A DNA stretch of 64,000 bases from Planctomycetota bacterium. Its GTDB lineage: Bacteria > Planctomycetota > UBA1135 > UBA2386. A program made the position numbers and the translations under genes. The notes under the pieces are model-generated. The model was not told where the DNA came from. It did not search any database and was given only the letters and a program-made list of their open reading frames with translations. The stretch is from NCBI GenBank assembly GCA_965223545.1, contig OZ245006.1:7680001-7744000 (forward strand). The letters run 5' to 3'. Shown in pieces: positions 28,726 through 38,535 of the stretch (its first letter is position 1; every line of letters starts with the position of its first letter).

Positions 28726-30312
28726 TCAGCGCTCCGGTTGGCTTCCCCGCCGAAACAGGGCCGCGGCGATCGGCAGCTGGTGCCGGTCGAAACCGCCTGC
28801 GGCGAGAAACGCGCGCTCTTCGTCGGTGGCGTCGAGGGCGTGGATGCGGCGCTGCACCCCGTCGGCGCGGCTGCTGGCCAGCGCCGCCAACAGCAGCTCG
28901 GGGCGTCGGCCGCGGCGCAGCTCGACGAGCAGCGCGCGCTCGATCTCATCGGCCGGCCGTCGGCCGAGGGCACAGGCGGCCAGCTGCGCCAGCTCCAATC
29001 GCGGGCCGAGCAGGGTCTGCACCAGGTAGCGGAGGCTCGCGGGTGTCTGGCGGCGGGCACCCAGCGCGAGGATGCAGCGGTGCTGCTCGCCGGCATGGCG
29101 GGAGGCGCGCGCCAGATCGACGAGCGTGGTCGTGGCCGGCGCCGGCAGGGGGCCGAACCAGCGCTCGGCGCGATCCGCCGCGCGCGGCGCGTCCGGTGCG
29201 ACGAGGCCGCGGGCCTGCACGGTGCCCCACAGCGACAGCAGCAGACGCACGCGGTCGGGGCGCCGCGCCGGCCGCTGCACGGCGGCGACCAACTGCTCGG
29301 TGGCGTCGGGGTCGTCGGTGGCGTCGTCGGCCAGCACGACATCCATGCGCGGGTCGCCGATCCAGGCGCAGACCGTGCGCAGCGCGGGATAGGGCCGGCG
29401 CTCGAGCGCGCGGCGCAGGCGGTTGCGCAGCTCGGGGCGGTGGCGGCAGTGCTCGAGCACGCGCTCGAGCACCGCGCCGTCGGGCAACCCGGCGACGTGC
29501 TCTGCCCAGCGCAGCGTGCCGCTGCTCGCGCCGTCGGCGTCCACCGCGCCCAGCGAGGCCGCGATCAGCGATGCCGCGCTCTCCTCGGCGGCGCGCCGTG
29601 TGGCATCGACCACCCGCAGGCCGAGACCGTGGCGCCGCAACAGGCCGGTGGCCTGCAGCGCGGCCAGAGCCGGGGGGCCGGCGTCGAACGAGGGATCCCG
29701 TCGGCTCTCGCTCCTGGAGCGCGCGGTCGCGTCGCGCTGCGTGCGCCGCGGTGGCAGGACGTGCTCGAAGCTGCCATAGCCGTCCACCGCGGCGGGAATG
29801 GGAATCTCGACGGCGGCTTCCGGTTCCGGTGGCGCGATCGCCACGACCGGTTCGGCCGGCGCCACCGCCATCGGCCCCGGCGCGTGCTCGGCCACGGTGG
29901 GGGTCTGCTGGGGGGGCTCCTGCGGCTCGTCCCCGCCACCCGCCCGCGGCAGCACCAACGCCGCGGCAAAGCCGGCGGCGACCAGGGCCGCGCGGCGCCA
30001 TGTGCGTCGCAGTGCAGGTCGGCGCCGCGGCGGCATGCTCTCCTGCGCCGCGACGGCGCCGGCGAGCAGCCGGTCGGCGGTGCGGCGATCGACCGGCACG
30101 GCCGCGCTGGTGGCGATCACCGCGTCCAGCCGGCGCGCCATCGCCAGCGCGCGCTGGCACTCCGGGCAGCTCTGCCGGTGACGGCTGAGCCCGTCACCGG
30201 GCGCCCCCGCCTCGCCGTCGAGAAAGTGCGCGATCACGAGATCGGTTTGCGGGCACGGGTGCCGCTCCGGCTCGGCCGGCGACGGGCCGTGGGGTGGTTG
30301 GCCGGTTGTCAT
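28726..30312 (-). CDS. Probable anti-sigma factor (zinc finger, TM helix, HEAT-like C-terminus)
   Basis: HRQSCPEC (HxxxCxxC) motif followed by a hydrophobic segment; ATGA overlap with the ECF sigma gene. Confidence 0.75.
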   Translation of the reverse strand: MTTGQPPHGPSPAEPERHPCPQTDLVIAHFLDGEAGAPGDGLSRHRQSCPECQRALAMARRLDAVIATSAAVPVDRRTADRLLAGAVAAQESMPPRRRPALRRTWRRAALVAAGFAAALVLPRAGGGDEPQEPPQQTPTVAEHAPGPMAVAPAEPVVAIAPPEPEAAVEIPIPAAVDGYGSFEHVLPPRRTQRDATARSRSESRRDPSFDAGPPALAALQATGLLRRHGLGLRVVDATRRAAEESAASLIAASLGAVDADGASSGTLRWAEHVAGLPDGAVLERVLEHCRHRPELRNRLRRALERRPYPALRTVCAWIGDPRMDVVLADDATDDPDATEQLVAAVQRPARRPDRVRLLLSLWGTVQARGLVAPDAPRAADRAERWFGPLPAPATTTLVDLARASRHAGEQHRCILALGARRQTPASLRYLVQTLLGPRLELAQLAACALGRRPADEIERALLVELRRGRRPELLLAALASSRADGVQRRIHALDATDEERAFLAAGGFDRHQLPIAAALFRRGSQPER

Positions 30313-30899
30313 GGCGCGAGGTGCCTCCCCATGCGGGTCATGATCCGCCGGCGCGCCTCGAGCACCAGCATGCGCGCGGCGCCGGTCGAGCACTGCAGTG
30401 CGCTGGCGATGGCCTCGTAGTCGAGTCCCTCGAACGCGCGCAGGTGCAGCGCGGTGCGCTGGCGCGCGGGCAGCCGTTCCATGGCCTCCTCGATGCGGTC
30501 GTGCAGCTCGCGCATCACCGCCGGCTCGTCCGGCGCGGCGCCGAGGTGGTCGGGCACTTCGATGTGCGCCAGCGGGGTGGCGCGGTCGCGCCGGCGCCAG
30601 CGCGCGGGCTCGCTGGCGAGGCGGACCTGGATGCGGAACAGCCAGGTGCGGAACGACGCTTCCCCGCGAAACTGACCGATGCCGCGGAGGGCCCGGACGA
30701 GGGTCTCCTGGGTGAGGTCTTCGCCCCACTGGTGGTCGCCGGTCAGCCGGCGGCCGAGGGCCAAGAGCGATCCCAGATGCGGCCGCAGCAGCTCTTGGAA
30801 CGCGGCCGTGTCTCCGGTCTGGCTGCGCTGCAACAGCGCCAGCTCGTCGTCGGAGGGCTCGGGAGAGTGCGGGCGGGTCTGTTTCAGGTCCAGTCTCAT
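30309..30899 (-). CDS. ECF sigma-70 family factor
   Basis: GDTAAFQEL, EDLTQET, FRGEASFRTWLFRI, LPARQR..EGLDYEAIA. Confidence 0.9.
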   Translation of the reverse strand: MRLDLKQTRPHSPEPSDDELALLQRSQTGDTAAFQELLRPHLGSLLALGRRLTGDHQWGEDLTQETLVRALRGIGQFRGEASFRTWLFRIQVRLASEPARWRRRDRATPLAHIEVPDHLGAAPDEPAVMRELHDRIEEAMERLPARQRTALHLRAFEGLDYEAIASALQCSTGAARMLVLEARRRIMTRMGRHLAP

Positions 30900-31044
30900 G
30901 GTTGCAGACGACCGGCGCGGCCGCCGCACGGCCGCTCGACGGAGGTGCAGACCCCCGCGACGGCGGCCCCGTCAGGTGGATTTTGCCGTACTCCTCGCTC
31001 GCGCGCCGCGGCCGCGATGGACGAACGCAACCCCGGCGCGCGGT

Positions 31045-31941
31045 TCAGCGCAGCATAGAGAAATACCCGGAGTAGAACGACAGCACCCGCCAGCCGATCC
31101 ACACCGCCGTCAGGGCGTACACGGTGCCGCCGAGGCCGACGACGAGCGCCGTCGCGGTGCGCTGCAGGACGTCCCGGCGGCGGCCCGCGGCGCGGCGCAA
31201 CGCATCCTCGAGCTCGCCCGACATCTCGCCGGGTCGCAGCAGCGAGAGGGTCTCGGCGTCGAGCGCCGCACTCGCCCCCAGGGCGTCGGCCAGCGAGGTT
31301 TCGCCCCCGGCCAGCAGCTGGCCGGCCTGCGCCAAGCGCAGCCGGACCCAGGCGATGCGCACGGTCTTGGTCGCCAGGTCGTGCGCCTCGACGATGCCGA
31401 CGCCGGCGCCGTACAGCATCTCCATCGCGTCGAGGTACGCGGTCTGGCCGACGTCGTGCGACAGCCGGCGGAGACCGGGTATCGGACTGCTGGTGAAGGC
31501 GGGATCGGTCGCCGCGCGGTGGGCGAAGAACGCCACCGCGAGCACCAGGGCGACGATCGCCAGCGGACCGGCCAGCGCCACCCAGACCCGGCCGTTGCCC
31601 ACGGCGGCGAGCAGGCCGAACGCCGCCATCGACAGGGCCAAGAGCAGCGCCGGGTAGGCCAGTCGGCCGAGGAGTCGCCGGGCGAGGGTGGCGTCCGCCG
31701 TGCGGCGCGCGGCGATCGTGCGCAGCACCCGCGGCAGCTCGCCGACTTGCTCGGCGGCTTCGGCGGCGCGCACTTCCGCCGGCGACAGCGCCAGCCCGGC
31801 CGCGGTCAGCCGCGCGGTGAGCGGGCCGCCGCCGGCATCGGCCAGGATGCCGTCGGCCGGCAGGCCGGCGTCCAGCGCCGAGGCCAGGTCTTCGAGGCGC
31901 ATCGCCAGCCGCCGGTCGGCGCGCGGAGTGAGTCGGAGCAT
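31045..31941 (-). CDS. Type II secretion F / PilC-like membrane protein
   Basis: LASALDAGLP, AEQVGELPRVL, LAYPALLL, GEMSGELEDAL: two GspF-like domains. Confidence 0.75.
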   Translation of the reverse strand: MLRLTPRADRRLAMRLEDLASALDAGLPADGILADAGGGPLTARLTAAGLALSPAEVRAAEAAEQVGELPRVLRTIAARRTADATLARRLLGRLAYPALLLALSMAAFGLLAAVGNGRVWVALAGPLAIVALVLAVAFFAHRAATDPAFTSSPIPGLRRLSHDVGQTAYLDAMEMLYGAGVGIVEAHDLATKTVRIAWVRLRLAQAGQLLAGGETSLADALGASAALDAETLSLLRPGEMSGELEDALRRAAGRRRDVLQRTATALVVGLGGTVYALTAVWIGWRVLSFYSGYFSMLR

Positions 31942-32034
31942 CGAAACGGAATTGCCGGGTGGGGCGGTTGGGATCGGGTTTTGGGCGGCCCGCTCGCGGG
32001 TGCTTGTGATAAGCCAGGGCTTGTGAGTGAAGCG

Positions 32035-32472
32035 ATGCGAGAGGCGCGCGACCCGGTGCTGGACGACGTCGGCCAGGCCGCCTTGCGGCTGATGGCGGGA
32101 ACCGTGAGCCGAAAGCAGCTCGCCGCGCTGCGCAAGGAGCTGTTGCGGAGTCCCGAATCCTATCCATGGCGCGAGACCACCGACGCGATCCTGCGCGTGG
32201 AGGTCGACGACGAGCGCCTGCTCCAGCAGGGGCTGCGCGCGCAGCGGGACTGGGTGGTGCGCGGCGGGCGCGAGACCCCCAAACCGTCGGTGAAGCACCG
32301 CTCCAAGAACTTCGTCGCCTATCTGCTGTCGCGGGCGATCTTCTTCGTGCTCTACACCGGCGCGGTCGTCGTGTTGTTGGTGTTGTTGAAAGCAAAGTGG
32401 CCGCAGATCGACATCTACGCTGCCAACGACTGGCTCAGCGGGGTCCTGCCGGCGGTCTTCGGGCCGCGCTGA
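32035..32472 (+). CDS. Hypothetical membrane protein
   Basis: Coding-like codon usage; C-terminal TM helix AIFFVLYTGAVVVLLVLL. Confidence 0.7.
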   Translation: MREARDPVLDDVGQAALRLMAGTVSRKQLAALRKELLRSPESYPWRETTDAILRVEVDDERLLQQGLRAQRDWVVRGGRETPKPSVKHRSKNFVAYLLSRAIFFVLYTGAVVVLLVLLKAKWPQIDIYAANDWLSGVLPAVFGPR

Positions 32473-32589
32473 GGCGGGCCGGTGTAGCGCTGCGGCGGCC
32501 GCGGAGGGGCCGCGTCGCGCTGGGTGCCGTGCCAGCGGGCGCTCGCGCCGCGCCCGGCCGAGCGGCGGTGCAAATTTGTGGAAGAGGTG

Positions 32590-32618
32590 TTGAAACCCGG
32601 GGGAGACCCGGGCACACT
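32590..32618 (+). promoter_or_regulatory. sigma70-like promoter
   Basis: TTGAAA-17bp-CACACT. Confidence 0.5.
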
Positions 32619-32624
32619 ATTCCG

Positions 32625-32824
32625 CAGTTGGCAGACGCGGGGCCGCCCGCGCGCGCCACTGCCGAAACCGCGGCAACCCGCAGCAGTTTCTTCTGTCCGA
32701 ATCTGGTACACCGGAGGGAACGCTGTGGGGTGGAGACTGAAATCCCCCTCCCTAACCGCCCTCTCCATTCCATAGCATTCCCCTTACGGGCCTCAGCACT
32801 GACCGGCTGAGGCCCGGTTTTTTT
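32625..32824 (+). ncRNA. Candidate structured RNA (sRNA or tyrS leader)
   Basis: Lies between a promoter-like site and an intrinsic terminator; 24-bp G-U-rich stem (32713-32736 with 32762-32785) with a C-rich loop. Confidence 0.55.
32787..32824 (+). terminator. Intrinsic terminator
   Basis: CGGGCCTCAGC-8nt-GCTGAGGCCCG followed by GTTTTTTT. Confidence 0.85.
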
Positions 32825-32838
32825 AACCCCTGCGCTCC

Positions 32839-34125
32839 ATGCCCCACGACCTCGTCGCCGACTTACAGCAGCGAGGGCTTCTCTACCAGACGACCAGCCC
32901 CGAGCTCGCCGATTGGTTGGCGGCGCAGCCGGTCACCGGCTACATCGGCTTCGACCCCACCGCCGACTCGCTGCACGTCGGCAGCCTGCTGCAGGTCGTG
33001 CTGTTGCGCCGGCTGCAGCGCGCCGGCCACCGGCCGATCGCGTTGATCGGCGGCGCCACCGGCATGGTCGGCGACCCGAGCGGCAAGCAGGGCGAGCGCT
33101 CCCTGCTGGACGCGGACGCGCTGGCGCACAACACGCGCGCGCTGCGCGCGCAGATCGCGGGTCTGCTCGACTGCGAGGGCGAGCGCGGTGCGGTGCTGGT
33201 CGACAACCTCGATTGGTTCGCGCGCATGCCGCTGCTCCAGTTCTTGCGCGACGTCGGTAAGCACTTCACCGTCAACCAGATGGTGGCGCGGGACTCGGTG
33301 AAGCCGCGGCTCGAGGATCCCGAGCGCTGGATCTCGTACACCGAGTTCAGCTACGTGCTGCTGCAGGCCTACGACTTCTTGGCGCTGCACGACCGCCACG
33401 AGTGCCGGTTGCAGCTCGGCGGCAGCGATCAGTGGGGCAACATCGTCTCGGGTTGTGATCTCGTGCGGCGCCAGCGCGACACGGTGGTGCACGGCATCAC
33501 CGTTCCGCTGCTGACCAAGGCCGACGGAACAAAGTTCGGCAAGAGCGAGGCCAGCAACGTCTGGCTCGATCCCGCGCGCACCAGCGCTTACGAGTTCTAC
33601 CAGTTCTGGCTCAACGCCGCCGATGCCGACGTCGGCCGCCTGCTGCGCTACTGCTCGTTCCGCACCGTCGAGGAGATCGAAGGGCTCGAGCTCGAGGCCG
33701 CGCGGCAGCCGGCCGCGCGCGCGGCGCAGCGCGCCCTGGCCGAGGAGATGACCGATCTCGTGCACGGCACGGCGCTGCGGCGCCAGGCCGAGGCGACCAG
33801 CGCGGTGCTGTTCGGCGGCGGCGATTGGCGCTCGCTGTCGGCGGACCAGCTGGCCGACGCGCTGCGCGGCTCGCCGCGCACCCGCGTCGACCGGCAGCGG
33901 CTGGCGGGACCCGACGGCGGCTTGGTCGCACTGTTGGCCGAAACCGGCCTGTGCCCGTCGCGCGGCCAGGCGCGGCAGGCGGTGAGCAGCGGCGCGGTGG
34001 CGGTCAATGGTGAGCGGATCACCGACCCGCAGGCGCGCCTGAGCGCCGGCGATCTGTTGGCGGAGCGCTTCGTCGTACTGCGCCGCGGCAAGAAGGCCTA
34101 CCACGTGCTCGAGGTCGAATCGTAG
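32839..34125 (+). CDS. tyrS: Tyrosine--tRNA ligase
   Basis: YIGFDPTADSLHVG, GGSDQWGNI, KFGKS, C-terminal S4 domain RRGKK. Confidence 0.96.
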   Translation: MPHDLVADLQQRGLLYQTTSPELADWLAAQPVTGYIGFDPTADSLHVGSLLQVVLLRRLQRAGHRPIALIGGATGMVGDPSGKQGERSLLDADALAHNTRALRAQIAGLLDCEGERGAVLVDNLDWFARMPLLQFLRDVGKHFTVNQMVARDSVKPRLEDPERWISYTEFSYVLLQAYDFLALHDRHECRLQLGGSDQWGNIVSGCDLVRRQRDTVVHGITVPLLTKADGTKFGKSEASNVWLDPARTSAYEFYQFWLNAADADVGRLLRYCSFRTVEEIEGLELEAARQPAARAAQRALAEEMTDLVHGTALRRQAEATSAVLFGGGDWRSLSADQLADALRGSPRTRVDRQRLAGPDGGLVALLAETGLCPSRGQARQAVSSGAVAVNGERITDPQARLSAGDLLAERFVVLRRGKKAYHVLEVES

Positions 34126-34227
34126 CGAGCCGCGGCGGCCGGCGGCCGATAGAGAAGCAAGCGTGCGGCCGGGCAGGGTCTTGTCGCCGCGCGGTGCTTC
34201 GGGCAGGGTGAGGTCACAGCACAAGCG

Positions 34228-34914
34228 ATGACGAGGGGCTTTCGCAGCAGTGCCGGCGCGCCGGCGAGCAGTGGGGGCGGCGGCGGCCGGATCGCCGGTC
34301 GCTTCGCCGCGAGTACGGCCAACGCCGCCGCCGAGGCGCCGTTCTCGCACGCCCAGATCCTGCGGCTGATGAAGGGCGAGTTCGCGCGCGGCCGGCGGCA
34401 CGGCTTCGCCGTCTCCTGCGTGTTGATCCGGCCGGACGGCTTCGCCGCTCTGCTCGCGACCCACGGGCGGCCGCTGATCGACGCGGTGCGAGGTGAGCTC
34501 GCCAAGCTGGTCAACGAGCGCACGCGGACTGCGGATCAGCTGGGCATTCTCGGTGAGGACCGGCTGCTGCTGTTGCTGCCGCACACCGACGACCGGCAGG
34601 CCTGCGCCGTCGGCCATCGGCTGCGCGCCGAGTTCGGCAGGCTCGAGGTGTCGGTGGGGGGCGAGCCGGTGGCGCTGAGCTTGAGTCTGGCGGTGGCGAC
34701 CTGCGACGACCGCGACACGATGTTCTTCGACACCATGCTGGCCCGCGCCGAGGTCGCGCTCGAGTGGGCGGCGGAGACCGGGGGCGACCGCGTGGTCTCT
34801 TTCAACGCCGAACGCTACGTGGCGGAGACCGGCGAAGACGAGCCGTCGCCGCCGCCCGCGCTGGCGACCCCGACTCCCGCGCGGCGCGCCACCGACCGGC
34901 CGGGCGCGGAGTAG
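34228..34914 (+). CDS. Degenerate stand-alone GGDEF-like protein
   Basis: GGDEF-fold pattern with RTAD (RxxD) and GEDRL in place of GG(D/E)EF. Confidence 0.7.
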   Translation: MTRGFRSSAGAPASSGGGGGRIAGRFAASTANAAAEAPFSHAQILRLMKGEFARGRRHGFAVSCVLIRPDGFAALLATHGRPLIDAVRGELAKLVNERTRTADQLGILGEDRLLLLLPHTDDRQACAVGHRLRAEFGRLEVSVGGEPVALSLSLAVATCDDRDTMFFDTMLARAEVALEWAAETGGDRVVSFNAERYVAETGEDEPSPPPALATPTPARRATDRPGAE

Positions 34915-34988
34915 GCGCCCCGCGCGCTGCCGGCGCGCCCGGTGCTCGAGGCGAGCGTCGAGGGCTCCGCTCCGGTAGCCTGGCCTTC

Positions 34989-36332
34989 ATGAAGCTGTTG
35001 TTGGTCGAGGACGAGAAGACGATCGCCCTCACCTTGGGGGACGATCTGCGCGCCGCCGGACACGACGTGACGGTGACCGGTGACGGGCGGGAGGCGCTGT
35101 CGATCCTCCACGAGCAGGTGTTCGACGCGGTGATCACCGACGTGCGGCTGCCCGGCGCGGATGGTCTGCAAGTACTGGAAGCCGCCAAGCGCGGCCGGCC
35201 CGACACCGAGGTCTTGGTGATGACGGCCTACGCGACGATCGAGCACGCGGTGGCCGCGATGCGCGCCGGCGCGGACGACTACATCCAGAAGCCGTTCTTG
35301 AACGACGCCCTGATCGAGCGGCTCAACCGGATCTCGCAGCTGCGGTCGCTGCTCGACGAGAACCGCAAGCTGAAAGAGGATCTGCGCGGCGACGGCGGTC
35401 TGCCCGGGATGATCGGCCAGAGCCGGGCCATGCAGGACGTGATGCGGGTGGTGCGGACCGTCGCGCCGACCGACGCGTCGGTGTTGGTGGAGGGCGAGAG
35501 CGGTACCGGCAAGGAGTGCGTGGCGCGCGCGATCCACAAGTTGTCGTCCCGGGCCGAGCAGCCCTTCGTCGCCCTGTCGTGCGCGGCGTTGCCGGAAACA
35601 CTGCTGGAGACCGAGCTGTTCGGCCACGAGCGCGGCGCGTTCACCGACGCGGGCAAGCTGCGGCGCGGCCGGTTCGAGCTCGCCAGCGGCGGCACGATCT
35701 TTCTCGACGACATCGACGACATGCCGCTCGTCACTCAGGTCAAGCTGTTGCGCGTGATCCAAGAGCGGGAGTTCGAGCGCGTCGGCGGCGAGCAGACCGT
35801 GCAGGTGGACATCCGCGTCATCTCGGCGACCAAGGCTCGGTTGCTGGACCTGGTGCGGGAGGGCAAGTTTCGCGAGGACTTGTTCTACCGGCTCAATGTC
35901 GTGCCGATCCAGCTGCCGCCGCTGCGCGACCGCGAGGGCGACGTGCCGCTGCTGGCGCAGCACTTCGTGCGCAAGCTGGGAGACCACTCGCGCTACACGA
36001 TCAAGACCAGCGTGCTCGAGGCGATGAGCGGCTATGCCTGGCCCGGCAACGTCCGCGAGCTGGAGAACCACGTCGCCCAGGCGATCGCGATGTCGGGCAC
36101 GTCGACCGTGCTGAAGAAGGAGCACTTGCTGCCCGTCGACAAGTCGCGGCGCGCGGCGCTCGAGCCACCGACGGCGCTGGAGACGCTGCGCGAAGTGTTG
36201 GTGCGCGCCGAGCGACAACACCTCGCCCACGTGCTCAAGGCGGTCGGCGGGCACCGCACCAAGGCCGCGTCCGTGCTCGGCATCAGCCGCAAGGTGTTGT
36301 GGGAGAAGCTCAAGGACTACGGGATCGAGTGA
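34989..36332 (+). CDS. sigma54-dependent response regulator (NtrC/AtoC type)
   Basis: REC domain, GESGTGKE, GAFTDA, FREDLFYRLNV, WPGNVRELEN, Fis-type HTH. Confidence 0.93.
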   Translation: MKLLLVEDEKTIALTLGDDLRAAGHDVTVTGDGREALSILHEQVFDAVITDVRLPGADGLQVLEAAKRGRPDTEVLVMTAYATIEHAVAAMRAGADDYIQKPFLNDALIERLNRISQLRSLLDENRKLKEDLRGDGGLPGMIGQSRAMQDVMRVVRTVAPTDASVLVEGESGTGKECVARAIHKLSSRAEQPFVALSCAALPETLLETELFGHERGAFTDAGKLRRGRFELASGGTIFLDDIDDMPLVTQVKLLRVIQEREFERVGGEQTVQVDIRVISATKARLLDLVREGKFREDLFYRLNVVPIQLPPLRDREGDVPLLAQHFVRKLGDHSRYTIKTSVLEAMSGYAWPGNVRELENHVAQAIAMSGTSTVLKKEHLLPVDKSRRAALEPPTALETLREVLVRAERQHLAHVLKAVGGHRTKAASVLGISRKVLWEKLKDYGIE

Positions 36333-38446
36333 TGCCGGCGTCTGCCGAACGCCCTTGCGCGCGCTTTGTGGCGTGCGTGGCCACCGTGGCCTTCGTGGTG
36401 GGGGGCGCGGCGGCACAGGCGCCCGCGGTGCCCGAGTGGACCGGCTTCGAGCGCATCCTGTGGCTGCACGGCGGGCCGCCGCGCGACGCCGCGCTGTTCG
36501 ACACGGTCCGCGCGCTCGGCTTCACCGCGGTGAGCGTCGCCGCGGAGGAAGATGCCTCGGTGCCGGCGCGCCACGGCCTGCGCTTCTACCGCGACCAGAT
36601 CGCCGGCAAGGGCGTGCTCGAGCTGCGCGACGCCGAGTGGCTCGATTGTCAGAAGGCCTATCAAGAGCACCGCCGCAGGGACGCCCTGCAGCGGCCGGCG
36701 TGCTTGGCCAGCGACGCCGCCCGCGCCGCCCTGGACGAGACCACGGCGCGGCGTCTGGCGGCGGTGCAGGCGCACGGTCCGATCGCGGTGTCGCTCGGCG
36801 ACGAGATCTCGGTGACGCGTCGCGGCAACCCGCTCGACTTCTGCTTCGGCGAAGACTGTTTGCGCGCGTTCCAGCGTTTTGCCGCCGCCGCGCACGGCGA
36901 CGTCGACCGGATCAACCGGGAGTGGGGCACCGAGTTCGCCGCGCTGGACCAGGTGCGCCCGCTGACCACCGACGAGGTGCGCGAGCGCGCGCTGATCACC
37001 GGTGCGCTGCCCGGTGGGCTGGCGGTGTGGCACGACCACTTGCGCTTCAAGGAGCAGCAGCTCGCGGCCGCGGTGGCACGGGTCGCGGCGATGGTGGACG
37101 CAGCCCTGCCCGGCGTGCCGCGCGGGCTGACCGGGATGCAGCCGCCGGCGGCCTTCGGTGGGCACGACTACCGGTTGTTGCTGCCCGACGCCACGTTCTA
37201 CGAGGTCTACGACATCGGCGGCGCGCGCGATTTGGCGATGTGCCTGGCGCCGCGGGGAGCGCGCCAGGTGCGCACGCTGTTCGCCGACGAGTGGGCACGC
37301 GCGCTCATGCCGGCGCGCGTGTTCGACCTCGTCGCGCACGGCATGTCCGGGATCATCATCTGGAGTGCCGGCGACGCGATCGCGCCGGCCGGCGAGCCGA
37401 CCGCTTTCGGCTTGGCCGTGCGCAACGCGTTCGCGGCCTTGGGCGCGGCGGCCGCGGCGGCCGCCGGCAGCGAGCTGCTCCGCGATCCGGTGTGGCTGGT
37501 CGAATCACAGGCGTCGGTGCGCGCGCACTGGATGCTGGACTCTGCCGCCGACGGTGGCTCGTGGCTGCGGCGGCTGTCGAGCTACGAGGCCGAGCACAGC
37601 ACCAGCCAGGCGGCGCGGCACTCGTGGACCAAGGTGTTCGAGGACCTCGGCCTGCAACCCCGCTGGGTGCTCGTCGAGCAGCTCGCCGAGCGGCTGCAGG
37701 TCGCCCCGCCGCGCCTCGTCGTGCTGCCCGCGTTGCTGGCGCTGAGCGATGCCCAGGCGGCGGCCATCGAGAGCTATGTCGCCGCCGGCGGCACGGTGCT
37801 CGCCGACCACGGCACGGGGGTGTACGACGAGCGGCTGCGGCCCCGCCGGCAGGGCGTACTCGACGAGGTGTTCGGCTTGCACGAGCGCAGCGCGCGCCTG
37901 GCCGATCTGAGCGTGCGCGGTGGTCGGGCCGACGCCGCGCGGCTGGCCAGCGGTGTCGGCGTGGCCGAACCCCGGCTGCGGGGCGCCCTGGGCGAGCCGC
38001 ACGGCGAGAACCACGTGCACTTCGAGCACCGGCACGGCGACGGCCGCGCCGTCTACTTCAACCTCGCCGTCTGCGAGTATGGCCGGCTCCGGCTCGACCC
38101 CGATGCGGTGGCCGCCGCGCGCGACCTCCGCGCGCGGGTGCGCCGGGTGACCCGCGACGCCGGCGTGCGGCCGCCGGTCGAGGTCGTCGGCGATGGGTTG
38201 CCGACCTTGATCGAGCGCACCCGGCTGCGCACTGCCGACGGCCGGATGCTGGTCGCGGTGCGCATCAACGCCCTGGACGAGCCGGCGCAGATGGCGGCGA
38301 TCGTCGCGCGCGGCCCCCGGCCGGTGCGCCTGCATTTCCCCGAGCCCGTGGATGCCACGGATCTCGTGTCGGGCGAGGAGCTCCGTGGCCGGGTGCTCGC
38401 CACTCGGCTGCCGCCCTTGACCGGGCTGTTGCTCGAGATCCGCTGA
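36332..38446 (+). CDS. Exported GH42/beta-galactosidase-like protein
   Basis: Signal peptide; HGDVDRINREWGTEF and LVVLPALLALSD..YVAAGGTVLAD resemble GH42 and its trimerisation domain. Confidence 0.6.
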   Translation: MPASAERPCARFVACVATVAFVVGGAAAQAPAVPEWTGFERILWLHGGPPRDAALFDTVRALGFTAVSVAAEEDASVPARHGLRFYRDQIAGKGVLELRDAEWLDCQKAYQEHRRRDALQRPACLASDAARAALDETTARRLAAVQAHGPIAVSLGDEISVTRRGNPLDFCFGEDCLRAFQRFAAAAHGDVDRINREWGTEFAALDQVRPLTTDEVRERALITGALPGGLAVWHDHLRFKEQQLAAAVARVAAMVDAALPGVPRGLTGMQPPAAFGGHDYRLLLPDATFYEVYDIGGARDLAMCLAPRGARQVRTLFADEWARALMPARVFDLVAHGMSGIIIWSAGDAIAPAGEPTAFGLAVRNAFAALGAAAAAAAGSELLRDPVWLVESQASVRAHWMLDSAADGGSWLRRLSSYEAEHSTSQAARHSWTKVFEDLGLQPRWVLVEQLAERLQVAPPRLVVLPALLALSDAQAAAIESYVAAGGTVLADHGTGVYDERLRPRRQGVLDEVFGLHERSARLADLSVRGGRADAARLASGVGVAEPRLRGALGEPHGENHVHFEHRHGDGRAVYFNLAVCEYGRLRLDPDAVAAARDLRARVRRVTRDAGVRPPVEVVGDGLPTLIERTRLRTADGRMLVAVRINALDEPAQMAAIVARGPRPVRLHFPEPVDATDLVSGEELRGRVLATRLPPLTGLLLEIR

Positions 38447-38535
38447 AGCAGCCACGAGCCCGAGGCTTTGATCGTGCGGAGACGCTACACTGCCGGGCTG
38501 CCGTGGCGGCGCTCAGGCCGCCGCAAGACGTTCGC

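Noticed and set aside
32700..32790. Canonical T-box riboswitch
   Set aside because: Only GGGUGGA is present; no UGGNACC-GCG antiterminator or recognisable Stem I. Kept as an unclassified structured RNA.
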